Assembly: GCA_051294905.1 (NCBI GenBank)
Contig: CM119372.1
Location: 33,978,001 to 34,042,000, forward strand
Length of the DNA stretch: 64,000 nucleotides
Reading direction: 5' to 3'
Source of the DNA: Botryllus schlosseri
Taxonomy: Eukaryota
Every line of letters starts with the position of its first letter. Within the stretch, counting starts at the first letter, position 1. Position numbers and translations under genes: made by a program. Shown here piece by piece: positions 61,601 through 64,000 of the stretch. The notes under the pieces are model-generated. The model had not been told where the DNA came from. It saw only the letters and a list, made by a program, of their open reading frames with translations, and made no database searches.

Positions 61601-64000
61601 ACTTGGTTTCATTACAAGGTGAGTGAAAATTGTTTTTCTGTTGGTCAGGTATGATTTGCATTTAGAAAAACGATCTACACCGATTAAGCGACGCTGTTTC
61701 ATATCTGATGAGTGAGTGAAATTTCCTTATGGTTTGATTTAGCGAGTTAATTATCGGTGATTCAATCAGATACAAGTAAGATCTTTAGTGACAGAGTATT
61801 GTGATGACATTTACTTTAGCGAATGACAACGGAAAAATTTTCGATTACATTGTCGGTGTATGTGTTACACAAATAATTCTAGTACACCTAACCATAGGGT
61901 ACATTTGGCAAACATCGTACAAAGTGTTTCTTTGTGTTGGTAACGACTTTCAGCGGTTTGGTTTCATGTCGGGAATTATTATTTGAGGGTTCAAAAAACA
62001 ATTTCAATCAATGCTACAAATGAACAACAATGCAAAACACGTTTAGTGAATTACAGTGTAGCAAGTACTTCCTTAATATTACGATTGTTGTGCACTAGAC
62101 ATTTCTAGTTGAATTGAATGCGTCGAGCAAACATATTCAATTTACTTTTGTAATGATCAAAGTCTTAGAGTGCAACCTCGTGATATTTTACATTTAGCAC
62201 GTTCTATAGAAAGTGTGAACGGAGTTGAGTATTAATCGTGTACTTGGGATAGTGCTTTGATATCAAAGATATATTTTCACACTGTGTAATGTTTCGATTC
62301 TCTGTTGTGAATACCTCCAGTAACGACATTGATGTTAAATCCTCACTCTTGGTCATTGTAAGCGAATCCTAAACATCGCAACAGTCGGTATGGAAATCGA
62401 ACGCATGCATACTTTTAGATAGGCGACACTAACAAGTTTATTACATCCGTGAAATACTCTGAAACGTCGATTCGTGATTGGTGTTAGCTATATTCATCTT
62501 CTATATCTGTGGACACAAAGAATTCTTAACTTTGGTTACAGCTCATTCGTAACGAATTGTTGCGCGCAATCTAGAAAAGCACAAGTCGAAGACGAATGAT
62601 TTGATTTAAATAAACTAAAAAAAAATTCCTTTTGTTTTGATGTTGGATTAATACAATTTGTATGACTATACCGAATCCGAATCCGAAAGTGCAATGTTAC
62701 TTTAGTAGAAAAATTGGATGACTCGCATTTTGATATTGATAGATGTGTAGAGTAATATGACTAGTTTATAAAATCTCGGTAATGTTTTTTTGTCATGTCT
62801 GTGATCAACAAATATGTGATCAAGTCTTATCATTCGATATTAACTTTCGCAGTCGGTGTAATTTGTTGAAGTAACAATACCGACGAGTTCAATAATATTC
62901 TCCATCGATGCATTCGAATAATCCGTCAGCTGCAAGCGGATTTAAAACTTGATGCTGTTTCGCGGTTAACTCAAGTCAGTGGTCGTGTTTGTGTTGATTT
63001 CAGGAATGATCATGACGAGTTGCCTGGGTAGATTAGTTAATGTGGTTGTAACTACGACCGTACAGAGTTGCTGACACCCCAATATCTTTTACGCTGTAAT
63101 ATACGGATTTAATTGTGATAAATTAATTCTCAGTTATTGTTCGGACATTCAAATCTCGTATACTCAAAATATAATATGTCCAAGTCAAATCGTATATGTA
63201 CCGATTAGTAAATACTTTGTCTTCAGAATAGTAACGACCTTTACAATCGAATAAAAACGACCGATCATACGAATACAGCCAGGACGAATTAAAATTTGTG
63301 AGTTGTAGTGATATAATCAAGTAAGTGAAAACTAGATTTTCAACAATTGTTAATGTTGTGAAGAATTCTTTTGAGTATGGTAAGATGTTAAAATATCTCT
63401 TTGACAAACGGAAAGCGGGATTGCGAATAGAGTTGCAATGTTTCATTACTTGTTTCAAATCAATGTGCATATAATATCGAAATGGGACTGCGGGGAAGTT
63501 GGTAGTCATGTTTGTCAATCTATTTCAATTCAGACTATGTCAAAGTCCAAATATTTCATTTTGGATTATTTGGATTTACCTTTAGTACATCCGCGAATGG
63601 ATTTAAAGTTGGTAAATTACCAAAATGATGGAATATTATCGGGTTAGAGATAGTTGGTATTGATTCTATAACTGTTAAAACAGCGGCGTGGAATGTGTGA
63701 ATAATTCAATGTGACTGAAAGTCGGTGTCAGTAATATTCAGGTTACGGTCGAATCAAAAGATCACGTTAAAAAGATTTCTCAAATTAATTAGAATTGTAC
63801 CGAATTAACACATTCAGACACGAATCAACTTGAGCTGTGTAGTAAGTTTCATTTCAGTCAATTGATACATTACTTGAATATTCGCATGATTCTTATCATA
63901 CAACTAAAGTCAACCACGTTCCAAAGTGTCAAAAACATATATAGCGACCATACCAGAAAGTGTCAAATTGTTGGTTTACGAATCACCGTCTGCGACGACT
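58690..64000 (-). repeat. Right arm of giant inverted duplication (continues beyond window)
   Basis: Starts CTCAGAGTCATTGCAATG, the reverse complement of 57721-57738. The last bases of the window match 51877 onward. Confidence 0.97.

Noticed and set aside
62418..62605. TAA/TAG reassigned to Gln (ciliate-type code) because in-frame TAR stops read well as Q
   Set aside because: The 746-codon USP gene contains no TAR codons; C-to-T decay of CAR codons in a pseudogene is simpler.

Overview
AT-rich eukaryotic (probably marine-invertebrate/animal) genomic DNA, mostly transposon debris. There is one intact protein-coding gene, a single-ORF USP19-like deubiquitinase with an MYND finger (22437-24677, minus strand). 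Around it are many hAT-type non-autonomous elements with readable TIRs and 8-bp TSDs, often nested. Other elements are CACTA/EnSpm-type elements with 2-bp TSDs, three fold-back (palindromic) elements, two Penelope-like GIY-YIG relics, LINE and SINE relics, an ISL2EU/Harbinger-type relic (THAP+DDE plus a convergent SWIM gene), a YqaJ exonuclease relic, and a decayed Ty3/Gypsy-like element followed by an env-like membrane-protein ORF. The last 12 kb is a giant, near-perfect inverted duplication with arms of at least 5.3 kb that run off the window and a 951-bp spacer. Its fold-back junction cuts through what appears to be a decayed LRR-containing GPCR gene with a 42-nt/14-aa repeat expansion. All family assignments come from motif recognition by eye; no database searches were run.
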